A DNA stretch of 64,000 nt from an uncultured Eubacteriales bacterium (lineage in GTDB: Bacteria; Bacillota; Clostridia; TANB77; CAG-508): NCBI GenBank assembly GCA_949289635.1, contig CASEOS010000002.1, positions 5,418-69,417 of the forward strand, written 5' to 3'. Below the pieces are notes generated by a model that was not told where the DNA came from, did not search any database, and saw nothing but the letters and a program-made list of their open reading frames with translations. Both the position numbers and the translations under genes were made by a program. This document shows positions 1-10,373 of this stretch, in pieces (the first letter of the stretch is position 1; every line of letters starts with the position of its first letter).

Positions 1-2
1 AT

Positions 3-1553
3 AGAGTAAGAGTGGTTATTGAATTAAAAAGAGATGCAAATCCTCAAGTTGTATTAAATCAATTATTTAAACATACACAAATGCAAACAACTTTTGGTAT
101 TATCATGCTTGCATTAGTTAATGGTGTTCCAAAGATTTTAACATTAAGACAATGTTTAGATTGTTATATTGACCATAGAAAAGATGTTATTTTAAGAAGA
201 ACACAATTTGAGCTAGATAAAGCATTAGCAAGAGCACACATCTTAGAAGGATTAAAAATTGCATTAGATAATATTGATGAAGTTATTAATATTATTCGAA
301 ACTCTTATGATGATGCAAAAGAAAGATTAATGGAAAGATTTGGTCTTACTGATATCCAAGCACAAGCCATTTTGGATATGCGTTTAAGAACATTATCAGG
401 TTTGCAAAGAGAAAAGATTGAAGAAGAATATAACCAATTAATGGAATTAATTGCACATTTAAGAGATATTTTAAATAGTGAAAGATTAGTTTTTGATATT
501 ATCAAAGAAGAGTTATTAGAAATTAAAGACAAATTTGGTGATGAAAGAAAAACAAAAATTGTGGCAGCAGAAGGCGAAATTGATGTAGAAGATTTAATTA
601 AAGAGGAGCAAACTGTTGTAGCCCTAACACATTTTGGATATATTAAAAGAATGCCAATTGATACATATAAGAGTCAAAGACGTGGAGGAAAAGGCATAAC
701 AGGAATTGCAACAAGAGAAGAAGATTTTGTAAAACAAATCTTTACAGCTTCAACACATGATACAATTTTATTCTTCACTAATAAAGGTAAATTATATCAT
801 TTAAGAGGTTATGAAATTCCAGAAGCAGGAAGAACTGCAAAAGGTACAGCAATTGTAAACTTATTAAGTTTAGATGCGGGAGAAAAAGTATCTGCTGTTA
901 TACCAATTCAAAACTTTGCTGAAGGTAAATACTTGTTAATGGCAACAAAGAATGGATTAATTAAAAAGACAGCCTTAAAAGAATATGATTCTACTAGAAA
1001 AACTGGTCTACAAGGAATTACATTAAAAGAAGATGATGAATTAATCGGTGTAAGATTAACAGATGGAGAAGATAATGTAGTGCTAGTTACAAGAAATGGT
1101 ATGTGTATTACATTTGATGAAAAAGATGTAAGACCAATTGGTAGAGTTTCTCAAGGGGTTATCGGTATTAGGCTAGATGAAGATGATGAAGTTATCGGAA
1201 TGGAATCTGTTATCGCAGGAGGAAAGGCAACATTACTAGCCATTACAGAAAATGGATTTGGAAAGAGAACAGAACTAGATGAGTATAGAGTGCAAAATAG
1301 AGGAGGAAAAGGTGTTATTACTTACAAGATTACACCTAAGACAGGAAAGCTAGTTGGTGTTAGAATTGCCTCTGAAGAAGATGATGTCATGTTAATTACA
1401 GATACAGGAACGATTATTAGAATTAATGTAAAAGATATTAGCATTTTAGGTAGATCAACACAAGGTGTTACATTAATGAGAACAAGTGATGGTGGCAAAG
1501 TTGTTAGCATGGAAATATTAACACCAGAAATTAATGATGTAGAAAATGCATAA
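3..1553 (+). CDS. gyrA: DNA gyrase subunit A, C-terminal part (5'-truncated by window)
   Basis: GyrA box QRRGGKG, beta-pinwheel repeats, QAQAILDMRL. Confidence 0.98.
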   Translation, partial: RVRVVIELKRDANPQVVLNQLFKHTQMQTTFGIIMLALVNGVPKILTLRQCLDCYIDHRKDVILRRTQFELDKALARAHILEGLKIALDNIDEVINIIRNSYDDAKERLMERFGLTDIQAQAILDMRLRTLSGLQREKIEEEYNQLMELIAHLRDILNSERLVFDIIKEELLEIKDKFGDERKTKIVAAEGEIDVEDLIKEEQTVVALTHFGYIKRMPIDTYKSQRRGGKGITGIATREEDFVKQIFTASTHDTILFFTNKGKLYHLRGYEIPEAGRTAKGTAIVNLLSLDAGEKVSAVIPIQNFAEGKYLLMATKNGLIKKTALKEYDSTRKTGLQGITLKEDDELIGVRLTDGEDNVVLVTRNGMCITFDEKDVRPIGRVSQGVIGIRLDEDDEVIGMESVIAGGKATLLAITENGFGKRTELDEYRVQNRGGKGVITYKITPKTGKLVGVRIASEEDDVMLITDTGTIIRINVKDISILGRSTQGVTLMRTSDGGKVVSMEILTPEINDVENA

Positions 1554-1577
1554 AAATAAAATAGTATAGTAACAAGG

Positions 1578-1612
1578 AAATCCCTTTAAGAAATATTCTT
1601 AAAGGGATTTTT
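1578..1612. terminator. Bidirectional intrinsic terminator
   Basis: aaatccctttaag...cttaaagggattttt hairpin between convergent genes. Confidence 0.85.
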
Positions 1613-1643
1613 CTAAAAATATCAAAATAAAATCATTGTGCAT

Positions 1644-2648
1644 TTATTTCATTTTAAAACGAATATCATCTCCAAAGAAACAATAAATATCATAATATCC
1701 AGCAATTCTAGAACCAATTCTTTCTTCATATTTATTGAAAATTTCATTAATGTTTAAATTGGTAGAAATGATTGTTTTAGTAATTTTATGATTTAAATTT
1801 AGAATTCTTGTATTAATAATGGTGAATAATTCACTTAATTTCATACTATTTAAACTTTCTGTTCCTAAATCATCTATAATTAATAAATCGGTTTCTAATA
1901 CAGATTTATTAATATCTTCTGAATTTGCTTTTTGTTTATTTAATTTATAATCAATAATATTTTCTAATAAAACAGGAGCTGTTTGATATAGTACAGTTTT
2001 TCCTAATTTTAATACTTCATTAGCAATACAATTAGAAAGAAAAGTTTTTCCAAGTCCAGTATTTCCTGAAAATAATAAATTTTTATAATCAGGGTTATCA
2101 AAGTTTTGGACAAATTCTATGGATTTCTCTTTAATTTTTAATATATTTTCTCTAGGTGAAATTGAGAATCTATATTTAGTTGGGTTAACTTCATCTGAGA
2201 AAAGTAATTCATTAAAAGTAGAAAAATTTTCTTTATCCAAATTAGACATATTCGACTTATTAAAAGAAATATCTAGTAATTTTTGTTTTAAGCAAGAACA
2301 CATTTCGGTTTGATAATTATTTTTTTGAATATATCCAGTATCTTTACATATCGGACATTCATAATGTGGATTTAAATAATCTGGATCAATATGATTTTTT
2401 TTCAAGATCTCTTCTTTTTCTTTTTTTAATGAATCCATTGTATTGGAAAGTGAAGATATATCAGAAAATTTTTTGTTTAGAATATTTTTGGCTGTTGAAA
2501 GTGCATAGTGATTGATTTCATTTTCAAGTGTTTGTAATCTGGGAATCTTGTTATATAATGCTTCTTTTCTTTCATCTGCTGCAATTTCTGCTCTCACTTT
2601 TTTTTGCTCATATTCTTTTAACAATGTATTTAAAATTTCATTAGCCAA
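1644..2648 (-). CDS. DnaC/IstB-like helicase-loader ATPase
   Basis: CPICKDTG/CSC zinc motif, Walker A GNTGLGKT, LLIIDDLG; likely TTG start at 2648 after AGGAGG. Confidence 0.9.
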   Translation of the reverse strand: MANEILNTLLKEYEQKKVRAEIAADERKEALYNKIPRLQTLENEINHYALSTAKNILNKKFSDISSLSNTMDSLKKEKEEILKKNHIDPDYLNPHYECPICKDTGYIQKNNYQTEMCSCLKQKLLDISFNKSNMSNLDKENFSTFNELLFSDEVNPTKYRFSISPRENILKIKEKSIEFVQNFDNPDYKNLLFSGNTGLGKTFLSNCIANEVLKLGKTVLYQTAPVLLENIIDYKLNKQKANSEDINKSVLETDLLIIDDLGTESLNSMKLSELFTIINTRILNLNHKITKTIISTNLNINEIFNKYEERIGSRIAGYYDIYCFFGDDIRFKMK

Positions 2649-2815
2649 TTTTATCCTCCTTTTGTTCTTGTATAGGAAAAATTGAGTTTTTCCTATACAA
2701 GAACATCGCTTCGCTCTAACAATTGCACACAAATTTTACTAACGTAAAATTTGGCGCCGAACAATGACGTGGGCTTTAGAATGTTATGAACAGAGAAAAT
2801 GTTTAAGAAAGCCCA

Positions 2816-3787
2816 CTATTGTTCTGTTTGATTTGCATATAAAAAGTCTAAATTTTCATATTTTCTTTGTTCATAATTTCGTTTTTCTATTTGATTTTTT
2901 AAGTTTTTCGTATCTTTATTTAATTTTTTTCTTTGTTCAATAAAAGCGTTAACTTCAGAAGGTGTTTTTAGATTTCTGTCATGCCAATCTGTAATAATGG
3001 TATTAATATATTCAAATGTAGGAGATTGTTTTAAGGTTGTACGTTTTAAAGCAATTTCAATAATATCCATATCATATCCGAAATTTAATACCCAATTTTC
3101 AATATAAGCTTCTTCATATTGCGTTAGGTTTCCATGTTTACCAAGTTTTTTAGAGATAGATTTTTTCATAGTGTTTAATTTTTCTTGTTTTTCGTAATAA
3201 ATATCTAAATCATTCCAAGTTTTTATTTTATTTGCAGCCCAAGCTTCCGCAACGGTTTGTACATAATTTCTATGCATAGCACTTCTATTATAACAATAGT
3301 CAAAAAGTGCAATCATCACTTGTTCATCAAAATTATATTTTTTAAACCAAATATCAATATCATTATACCATGATGGACTCATAATTCCTTGGAAGTACAT
3401 ATTATTAATATGCTCAATAGCTTTTGCTCTTGATTGATTTTTAGCAGTTTGTGCAACCTTCTCTTTTGAAACTGTTAAATTTGGTGTATATAATTCATGA
3501 AGTGTTGCTTCTTGTAAATCTACAATGACATATCCTGTTGATTTTTTAGTTAGTAATTTATTTTCTTCTAAAAATTTGAATCCTTCACTAATGGATTTTA
3601 AAGGTATATTTAATTTTTTAGATAAATCATTTAATTTAATATCTTTATTATATTTTGATAAAAAGACTGTATATAAATAAATTTTTAAATAATCTCCTGG
3701 TATTTGAGATAAGTAGTCTGAAAAAAATATATCAGGTATAGTTGTTTCAGAAAACAATAATGTTTTATCATTTTGTTCTAATTTCAT
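2816..3787 (-). CDS. DnaD/DnaB_2-domain replication protein
   Basis: Two DnaD-like repeats (YVQTVAEAW, YINTIITDW), directly upstream of DnaC-like gene. Confidence 0.88.
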   Translation of the reverse strand: MKLEQNDKTLLFSETTIPDIFFSDYLSQIPGDYLKIYLYTVFLSKYNKDIKLNDLSKKLNIPLKSISEGFKFLEENKLLTKKSTGYVIVDLQEATLHELYTPNLTVSKEKVAQTAKNQSRAKAIEHINNMYFQGIMSPSWYNDIDIWFKKYNFDEQVMIALFDYCYNRSAMHRNYVQTVAEAWAANKIKTWNDLDIYYEKQEKLNTMKKSISKKLGKHGNLTQYEEAYIENWVLNFGYDMDIIEIALKRTTLKQSPTFEYINTIITDWHDRNLKTPSEVNAFIEQRKKLNKDTKNLKNQIEKRNYEQRKYENLDFLYANQTEQ

Positions 3788-3938
3788 TTTGCTATCAATC
3801 CTTTCTAAGAACTAATAAAAAGTATCATTTTCTATCATAAAAATTTATAACATCTCATGATTTGGTAATACAAATTATATCTTTTTTAGACAAAAAATTC
3901 AAGGAAAAATTTTTGAAATTTAACAAGAAAATTTGTAA

Positions 3939-4235
3939 TCACCTATATTGACTAGTTTTAGCGTAAAAAAATAATTTTTGTTTGATAAAGAATTTAAACA
4001 TATAAATAAATACATAGATAATATTTTCTCCATGAATTCCAGAAATACTAAGCAAGAATACAGGAAAACAAAAGAGAATAAATACAATAACTTTTACATT
4101 GATATCTTGTATACAGATATGCAATAAGCCTCCAATAAGTAAAGCCCAAATAATATTGATAATTGCTACAGAATAATCAATAAAACCAAATATTTTATTT
4201 TTAAAAGTGTAGTTTTGAGGAAATATAAATTTCAA
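3939..4235 (-). CDS. PrgI/VirB3-like small membrane protein
   Basis: FIFPQNY..KIFG start, 2 TM segments, context with VirD4 and VirB6-like genes. Confidence 0.55.
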   Translation of the reverse strand: MKFIFPQNYTFKNKIFGFIDYSVAIINIIWALLIGGLLHICIQDINVKVIVFILFCFPVFLLSISGIHGENIIYVFIYMFKFFIKQKLFFYAKTSQYR

Positions 4236-4315
4236 AAAATCGCCTCCATTTTATGATTATAAAAAAATATTTAAATTTAAGTTATAAAATTTTTTACTTA
4301 TAACAAGATAAAAGT

Positions 4316-5191
4316 TTATTTTAAATTTGTAAAACTTTTCACAGATTGTGCAACAGTTGTGGAAACACCACCAATAAATTCACGTACAAGGGAATTAGCT
4401 CTGATTAAACCATACATACCACCCACATAGATAAATTTACTAAATAAATCTGTATTGGAAAAATCAACAGAAAACATTAGTAGTAAAATGATGGATACAA
4501 TGATTTGAATAAATAAAAGAGAAAACAGATTTTTAAGCCAAGCCTTGAAAAACCAACTTGTGTTAGAAAGAATTAAAGATAAAAAAGCAAAAGGTGTTAT
4601 CAGAACAAAAACTTTTACAAAAATATATCTTAAAGAATATGTAAATACCAAATTTAATAAGGAAATAGATAAAATACCTTTAATTAATCCATCAATAGTA
4701 AAAATATTTAAAGAAGTTGTGTCAACAGAAATGTTAGTATTTATATCTGTAATCAAAGAAGAAAAACAAATACTTTCATGAAATAAATCTTCTCCAATGC
4801 TACGGATAAATAAAGAAGTATTAGACATGAAATCGATAAATAATTCTACAATAAAGAAAGAAGAATTCATACAAATAGCAAAAATGACCATTTTGATAAA
4901 AAAACTAGAAGGTTTATCAATTTTATCATAAGTTAAATGAGCTAATAAATATTTGATACCATAATATAAGATAAAGGCAAATAACAAAGCATTTGCAACT
5001 AATAAAATACCGCTAGAACTGGAAGTGCCTAAGATATCTTCAAAATATTTATCTTTTAAAATATCAGAATTAATAAAAGTAAGTTCATCTAATAAACTAT
5101 ATAAATTGTTATCAATTGAACTAAATAAGTTTTCGAAGATTGTATTAATGGTATCAATAATAATTTGTGTGATATTTTCAGATTGTTCCAT
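4316..5191 (-). CDS. VirB6/TrbL-like polytopic membrane protein
   Basis: About 6 TM segments, LITPFAFLS...WFFKAWLK pattern typical of Gram-positive VirB6-like proteins. Confidence 0.6.
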   Translation of the reverse strand: MEQSENITQIIIDTINTIFENLFSSIDNNLYSLLDELTFINSDILKDKYFEDILGTSSSSGILLVANALLFAFILYYGIKYLLAHLTYDKIDKPSSFFIKMVIFAICMNSSFFIVELFIDFMSNTSLFIRSIGEDLFHESICFSSLITDINTNISVDTTSLNIFTIDGLIKGILSISLLNLVFTYSLRYIFVKVFVLITPFAFLSLILSNTSWFFKAWLKNLFSLLFIQIIVSIILLLMFSVDFSNTDLFSKFIYVGGMYGLIRANSLVREFIGGVSTTVAQSVKSFTNLK

Positions 5192-5199
5192 CTAACCTC

Positions 5200-5580
5200 C
5201 TATCCTACTAAAGATTGTATAGCAGATAAAATTAAATCAATGGCAAGTATAAAGGCATAGGAAAATAGAGAGCCTTTTATCAGTTTTTTTCCTGTTCGTA
5301 TTTTTTCTTCATCACCAAAACTAAATTTTTTCATAAAAACACCAGTGCCAACCGCTACGGCAGCAGCAGGAGTGGCGATTTTTAAAATCCAACTTTCAAT
5401 ATCCTCAAAAGCAGAATTAATCGTACTAATCAATTTGGGATCACCTAATGCAAAACTATTAGGGGAATAGAAAAGTATCAAAATGAAAGAAATTATTAAA
5501 ATGTATAAGATATAATAGTATTTTAATCGTATTTTTAAATTATTTTTTGTAATTATTTTTTTTATCATAAAGACCTCCAT
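5200..5580 (-). CDS. TrbC/VirB2 pilin-like protein
   Basis: Signal-like leader, two hydrophobic helices separated by GDEEKIRTGKK loop. Confidence 0.6.
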   Translation of the reverse strand: MEVFMIKKIITKNNLKIRLKYYYILYILIISFILILFYSPNSFALGDPKLISTINSAFEDIESWILKIATPAAAVAVGTGVFMKKFSFGDEEKIRTGKKLIKGSLFSYAFILAIDLILSAIQSLVG

Positions 5581-5597
5581 TCGAGCACAAATGTGTG

Positions 5598-7397
5598 CTA
5601 ATAAAATTTTGTTTTTTCATGTTTATTATCTTTAGGATTTTTAAAATAAGGAATCATTTGTATTTTGCAAGGGGGATATATTTTATTGCCATCAGAAAGA
5701 AAACATAAGGACTGAAAGGTTTCTAATTGCTGTGTAAAATAATTGGATTCATAGATATAATCATTTTGAATATAGGTACTAATTGATTCTGAAATATTGG
5801 AGTTTTCAGAATTTAATGTGTTGGAAATATAACTAAAATTCGTTTCTTTGGCATTTTCGGAAATACTTTTTGAAATTCTTGTTTTTTCTTCCTTTCCCAA
5901 TTGCTTTTGTGCCTCCTCAATCGTAAACATATCATCTGTACGAAACCATATTTTATTAATTAGATTTTGAACAATTACTTTTACGAAAGAATCATCTTTT
6001 AAAGTATTTTTTAAAGAAGAATAACTTTGCGTGCTAACAATATTGATACATTTAGCTTCTCTGCTTAAAGAAAAAAATTCTGCATCTGTTTTACTAACAT
6101 ATTTATCATATTCATCACAAATAAAAGCAGTAGGATAAATGATATGATTAGATAAATTGGATAATATTTCTGTTTGAAAATCGAGTTTTAAATAAGTGGC
6201 AATGATTTTAGAAAGATTGGCATATTCAGAAATATTCATATTTAATACAACAATTTTTCCTTTTTTTATGATTTCTTCAAAACCAGTAAAATTCAGTTTT
6301 TCTTTAGGGGAACAAAAACAAGACATGACATCATAATCAGAGATGAAGGTATTGGTGATTCTAGTAATTTCAGAAATGAGAATAGCTCTTGTTCTTTGAT
6401 CTAAAGATTCAAATTCTTTTTGAAAGAAATCTAAACAAGTATTTAATTCATAAATTTCTTGATTTTTAAATTTTCCATTGATAAAAAGATTTTTTAAAAT
6501 AGGGATTTTTTCTTTGTAATATGTAGGAATAGTTATCAATTTATGAAGTTCTAAAAAAGTAACATAACCTTGATTATAAAAACGACATAGTTTAATACAT
6601 TCCGTTAAAATTTGTTCGGCCTTATCTAACCAATAAGATTCTGAATTATTTTCTGAGAATAATAATAGGATAGTTTTCAAACGATTAGCTAATACTTGAG
6701 GTTTTAAATGCGGTTTATGTAAAGGATTATAATGCATATTTGAGCGAAGTTCTATAACGATTAAATCGGAAAGCAAATGATAAGTTTTACAAAATTGTTT
6801 TACTTGTGAAAAGTAATTTCCCTTTACATCTAAAATAAGCATGGCTACTTTTTGATTAGGGTGTTCACTATTAAATTTAATAAATTGTTCTGTAAATGGA
6901 TACATGGCAGAAGAAGTTTTACCAGAACCAATGGTGCCAGTAATTAAAAAGTTTTGATAAAGTCCACTTTCAGGAATATATATATTTGATTTTGTATTTT
7001 TATCAATTCCAATAAATAATTGTAGATTGTTACAGGCATTAGCCATATTTTTTGACTTAGAGGATAACCAAGTGTTTTGATTTTTTTTAAGTTTCTGGTT
7101 TGGTTGTTTAATTTCACTTTTTTCTGATTTGAAAATCTTTTTAAATAATTTAGAACAGAAAAAATTTATTATGATTACCATTGAAAATAAAAAACTAGTA
7201 ATATGTATAATTTTTATATATTTCCATAAAATTGGATTTTTTGAACAAATATCAAATGGTTTTAAGCCATAAGGAATGATTAGTTCTTCAGCAGTATAAA
7301 TGGAAGAAAAGAAATAATAGTGCAGAAAAGTAAAAGATATGGCTAAAAATAGAACAAAAAATATTTTAAAAAATTGCAGAAATAAAAAGCGTTTAAT
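5598..7397 (-). CDS. VirD4/TraD-like type IV coupling ATPase
   Basis: Walker A GTIGSGKT, LDVKG, ICDEY, STQS; frame stays open upstream to an ATT at 7397 with AGGAGG, adding TM segments. Confidence 0.85.
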   Translation of the reverse strand: MKRFLFLQFFKIFFVLFLAISFTFLHYYFFSSIYTAEELIIPYGLKPFDICSKNPILWKYIKIIHITSFLFSMVIIINFFCSKLFKKIFKSEKSEIKQPNQKLKKNQNTWLSSKSKNMANACNNLQLFIGIDKNTKSNIYIPESGLYQNFLITGTIGSGKTSSAMYPFTEQFIKFNSEHPNQKVAMLILDVKGNYFSQVKQFCKTYHLLSDLIVIELRSNMHYNPLHKPHLKPQVLANRLKTILLLFSENNSESYWLDKAEQILTECIKLCRFYNQGYVTFLELHKLITIPTYYKEKIPILKNLFINGKFKNQEIYELNTCLDFFQKEFESLDQRTRAILISEITRITNTFISDYDVMSCFCSPKEKLNFTGFEEIIKKGKIVVLNMNISEYANLSKIIATYLKLDFQTEILSNLSNHIIYPTAFICDEYDKYVSKTDAEFFSLSREAKCINIVSTQSYSSLKNTLKDDSFVKVIVQNLINKIWFRTDDMFTIEEAQKQLGKEEKTRISKSISENAKETNFSYISNTLNSENSNISESISTYIQNDYIYESNYFTQQLETFQSLCFLSDGNKIYPPCKIQMIPYFKNPKDNKHEKTKFY

Positions 7398-7400
7398 AGA

Positions 7401-7559
7401 TTATGAACCTCCTTTTTCTATAAATTTTTGTTTTAATTTTAATTTGGAACCTTGTTGATTATGAAAAATTTTAATATCAAAAAATGTATAGATTGAATAT
7501 AAAGTAATAAAAAGATGAATAATAAAAGAGATAAAAAATAAATCTAAGAGTGTAAAAAT
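7401..7559 (-). CDS. Small hydrophobic protein (52 aa), probable ATT start
   Basis: Open frame after AGGTGGTG RBS; stop lies next to the RBS of the VirD4-like gene. Confidence 0.4.
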   Translation of the reverse strand: MFTLLDLFFISFIIHLFITLYSIYTFFDIKIFHNQQGSKLKLKQKFIEKGGS

Positions 7560-7805
7560 ATAATCACCACCTTACAATTTTTTCCATAATACAATATTTT
7601 TTCTTATTTGTCTATACTTTTTACAAAATTTGTGATAAAATTTATAAAGATGTGTTACAATTTATAGTTTATAAATTCATATTCCAGTTTAAGAAATGAT
7701 TTTTAACTATTAATCGTTACAAAATTTATAATTGTTTAGTTTCAAGCATTTAGAACAATCTTTAGCAAAAGTTGAAGTCTAAACAATAAAAAGGGAGGAA
7801 GAACA

Positions 7806-7994
7806 ATGAAATTTAATAAAGATACAAGAATTGGAGAAATTTTAGAAGTAGCTCCAGAAAAAGCAGAAATATTATTAAATGTTGGAATGCATTGTATCGG
7901 TTGTCCTGCATCTCAAATGGAAACACTTGAAGAAGCTTGTGATGTTCATGGAATTGATGTAGAAGACGTTTTAGAAAAACTAAATGCAGAATAA
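7806..7994 (+). CDS. DUF1858-domain small protein
   Basis: GMHCIGCPASQMETLEEACDVHG motif; strong RBS. Confidence 0.9.
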   Translation: MKFNKDTRIGEILEVAPEKAEILLNVGMHCIGCPASQMETLEEACDVHGIDVEDVLEKLNAE

Positions 7995-8248
7995 TATGAA
8001 CAAAAAAGAATTAAATTTTAGAAGTACAAAAGTTTATAAAAATGTGATTATAAAAAATGACCGTCTTTGATGTTTTGTAAAAGATGTTTTGTAAAAGTTT
8101 CTTTACTAAAATTTAATTCTTTTCTATTTAGATTTGTATTTTATTCATAGAAATAAGAGAAAATTTGAAAAAAATAGTGAAAATTTTCTAAGAAATACTT
8201 GAGGTTATCAAAAAAACAAAAAAAATTCACAAATTTTTCATAAATCTA

Positions 8249-8277
8249 TTGACAACTGTAAAAAAATATTGTAAACT
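8249..8277 (+). promoter_or_regulatory. SigA promoter of tRNA cluster
   Basis: TTGACA-17 nt-TAAACT. Confidence 0.75.
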
Positions 8278-8306
8278 ATAAAAGCGTTCTGGATAACGCA
8301 TATTAT

Positions 8307-8382
8307 GGGCCATTAGCTCAGGTGGTAGAGCACTTGACTTTTAATCAAGTTGTCCCGCGTTCGAGTCGCGGATGGCTCACCA
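8307..8382 (+). tRNA. tRNA-Lys(TTT)
   Basis: Cloverleaf, anticodon loop CTTTTAA, encoded CCA. Confidence 0.97.
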
Positions 8383-8425
8383 AATGAAACTAAATAATCA
8401 TTTTATTATTTAGTTTCTTATATAA

Positions 8426-8500
8426 GGCCCCGTGGTCAAGCGGTTAAGACACCGCCCTTTCACGGCGGAGACATGGGTTCGATTCCCGTCGGGGTCACCA
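8426..8500 (+). tRNA. tRNA-Glu(TTC)
   Basis: Cloverleaf, loop CTTTCAC, CCA. Confidence 0.97.
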
Positions 8501-8506
8501 AATTTT

Positions 8507-8583
8507 GCCACTTTAGCTCAGCTGGCCAGAGCATCGCACTTGTAATGCGAGGGTCCCCAGTTCGAATCTGGGAAGTGGCTCCA
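8507..8583 (+). tRNA. tRNA-Thr(TGT)
   Basis: Cloverleaf, loop CTTGTAA, CCA. Confidence 0.97.
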
Positions 8584-8719
8584 TTATAAAGGTCATTCGT
8601 TTTGAGGGAAGCTCTTGATGATTGGCTTTTTTTTTTTTGAAAATTACATTTTTTATATAAATCTTGTGATGTAGCCTGGTCATATGGTATAATCTTATCA
8701 ATAAATAAAATAGGTAGGG

Positions 8720-9037
8720 ATGCGTATGGAAAAGAAAAAAATTATTATCATATCTATAATAGCAATTATCATATTGACCATATTGTTATGGTGTAATGGA
8801 TTTATTCCAAAGCAAATAGCAAAGGTTTATAGTGTCGCATATATGAATTTTAATTTTCCTGAAATGAAATTAAATTACGATAAAATAGAGTGGAGTCCAT
8901 ATCATGACAACTATATTATTAACTTTCATGATAAGGATAATCAAACTTATAGTTGTGTCATAGGACCAAAATATTTTCCAGTAAATTTAGGACAAGGATT
9001 ATTTGCAGTAGAAGAAACATATAGAAATAATTATTAA
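8720..9037 (+). CDS. Small membrane-anchored hypothetical protein
   Basis: N-terminal TM, RBS. Confidence 0.7.
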   Translation: MRMEKKKIIIISIIAIIILTILLWCNGFIPKQIAKVYSVAYMNFNFPEMKLNYDKIEWSPYHDNYIINFHDKDNQTYSCVIGPKYFPVNLGQGLFAVEETYRNNY

Positions 9038-9212
9038 AAAGTATATAATAATTGCTATGATAGTTAAAATATCTAATGTTCATATTAATTCCAAATTTAT
9101 TTGACAAAATACTGATAAAATGTTATTATTTAATTACAAAATAAATGTGTCTGACGCTGATTGTCAGATTGTAGTTGTATGTGTATCCGGAAGTACACAT
9201 ACTATTTTTTTA

Positions 9213-10359
9213 TTACGCAATTGTAAATTCTACTGCTGCATTTTTGTAACTTTCGTTTTGTATCTGCTCATTATTGATAATATAATATTGAGAATCATCA
9301 TAGTATGGATAACCTATTATTAAATCTTTATTTCCATCTAATTTATTAAGTTTTAATATTGTATAATCTTTATATCTATATTCAATACTTCCACCATCTT
9401 GATATAATGCTGTTTCACAAATTCCGTATTTTTCATCTTCTTTTGCTTGATCTAAAATACTTTGAACACTTATGATTTTCTCATTTAATGCATCTTCTAA
9501 TGAATATACCATATCTTGCTCTACGGTAACTGTTATATCTCCTGCAATGGTATATAGTCCATAATCTATATTGTCATATTGATTTGTCTTTGCAATTTGT
9601 TTTATTCCCATATCTTTTCTTCCATGATATGTCAAATCATATGTTTTTTCATATAAAGAACTATCTAAATTGTATTCAAAGATTACTGGTATTTCTGCTA
9701 AATCTATGGTATGGCTATAAAATATAACTTGGACTGTATTGTCAGTTGTTTGTCTTTTTATTCCCCAACGGTAAACATCAAATCTTTCTTCTTTATCGTT
9801 TTTTGTCATTTGAAAATAACCATAATATCTTTGATAATCTTCATAAGTCCAATCTTTATCAGGAGCAACAGTATTTACAGTTATATTTTCTGATGAAGTC
9901 ATATTTTTTATATCATTTTCACCGGGTAACATATTCTAATGTAATGGTTTCTGTATTTCCATTTGAAGTATTATTTATTTGTAAAGTTGAAGGTTCTTTA
10001 TTATCAGCATTTTTTAAAAATGTATCTAATAAATTTTCATTTTGTATTTTTCCATCTTCAATGATAATGATATTTGGATCATTATCAGTATCTAAATAAT
10101 TAGATTCCACACCTGCTATTGTTTTTCCAAAAGCAAACATAGTTAATTTTTCAATTTGATGAGTGTTTTTATGATATTTAACAGTAACACGATATCCCAA
10201 ACCATTATAATTTTCACTATCTATTTTTTGTGCTAATACAGGTAATTTACCGTGTGAAACGCAAATATAATCTACTAAAAATATCATTCCATATATGACG
10301 GCTAATAAAATAATGATAATTCCTATAATCATTAAAACTTTCTTTTTCATGGATACCAC
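9213..10359 (-). CDS. Membrane-anchored hypothetical protein (~380 aa), joined by +1 shift at CGG 9924-9922
   Basis: ORF 9919-10359 ends ACC CGG TGA; skipping C gives LEYVT-G-ENDIK in frame with ORF 9213-9932. Confidence 0.7.
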
Positions 10360-10373
10360 CTTTTCCCTTTCTA

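Noticed and set aside
2649-2732. N-terminal extension of DnaC-like ORF
   Set aside because: Runs through intergenic hairpins; AGGAGG supports a TTG start at 2648
8513-8701. 62-aa minus-strand ORF
   Set aside because: Antisense shadow of tRNA-Thr
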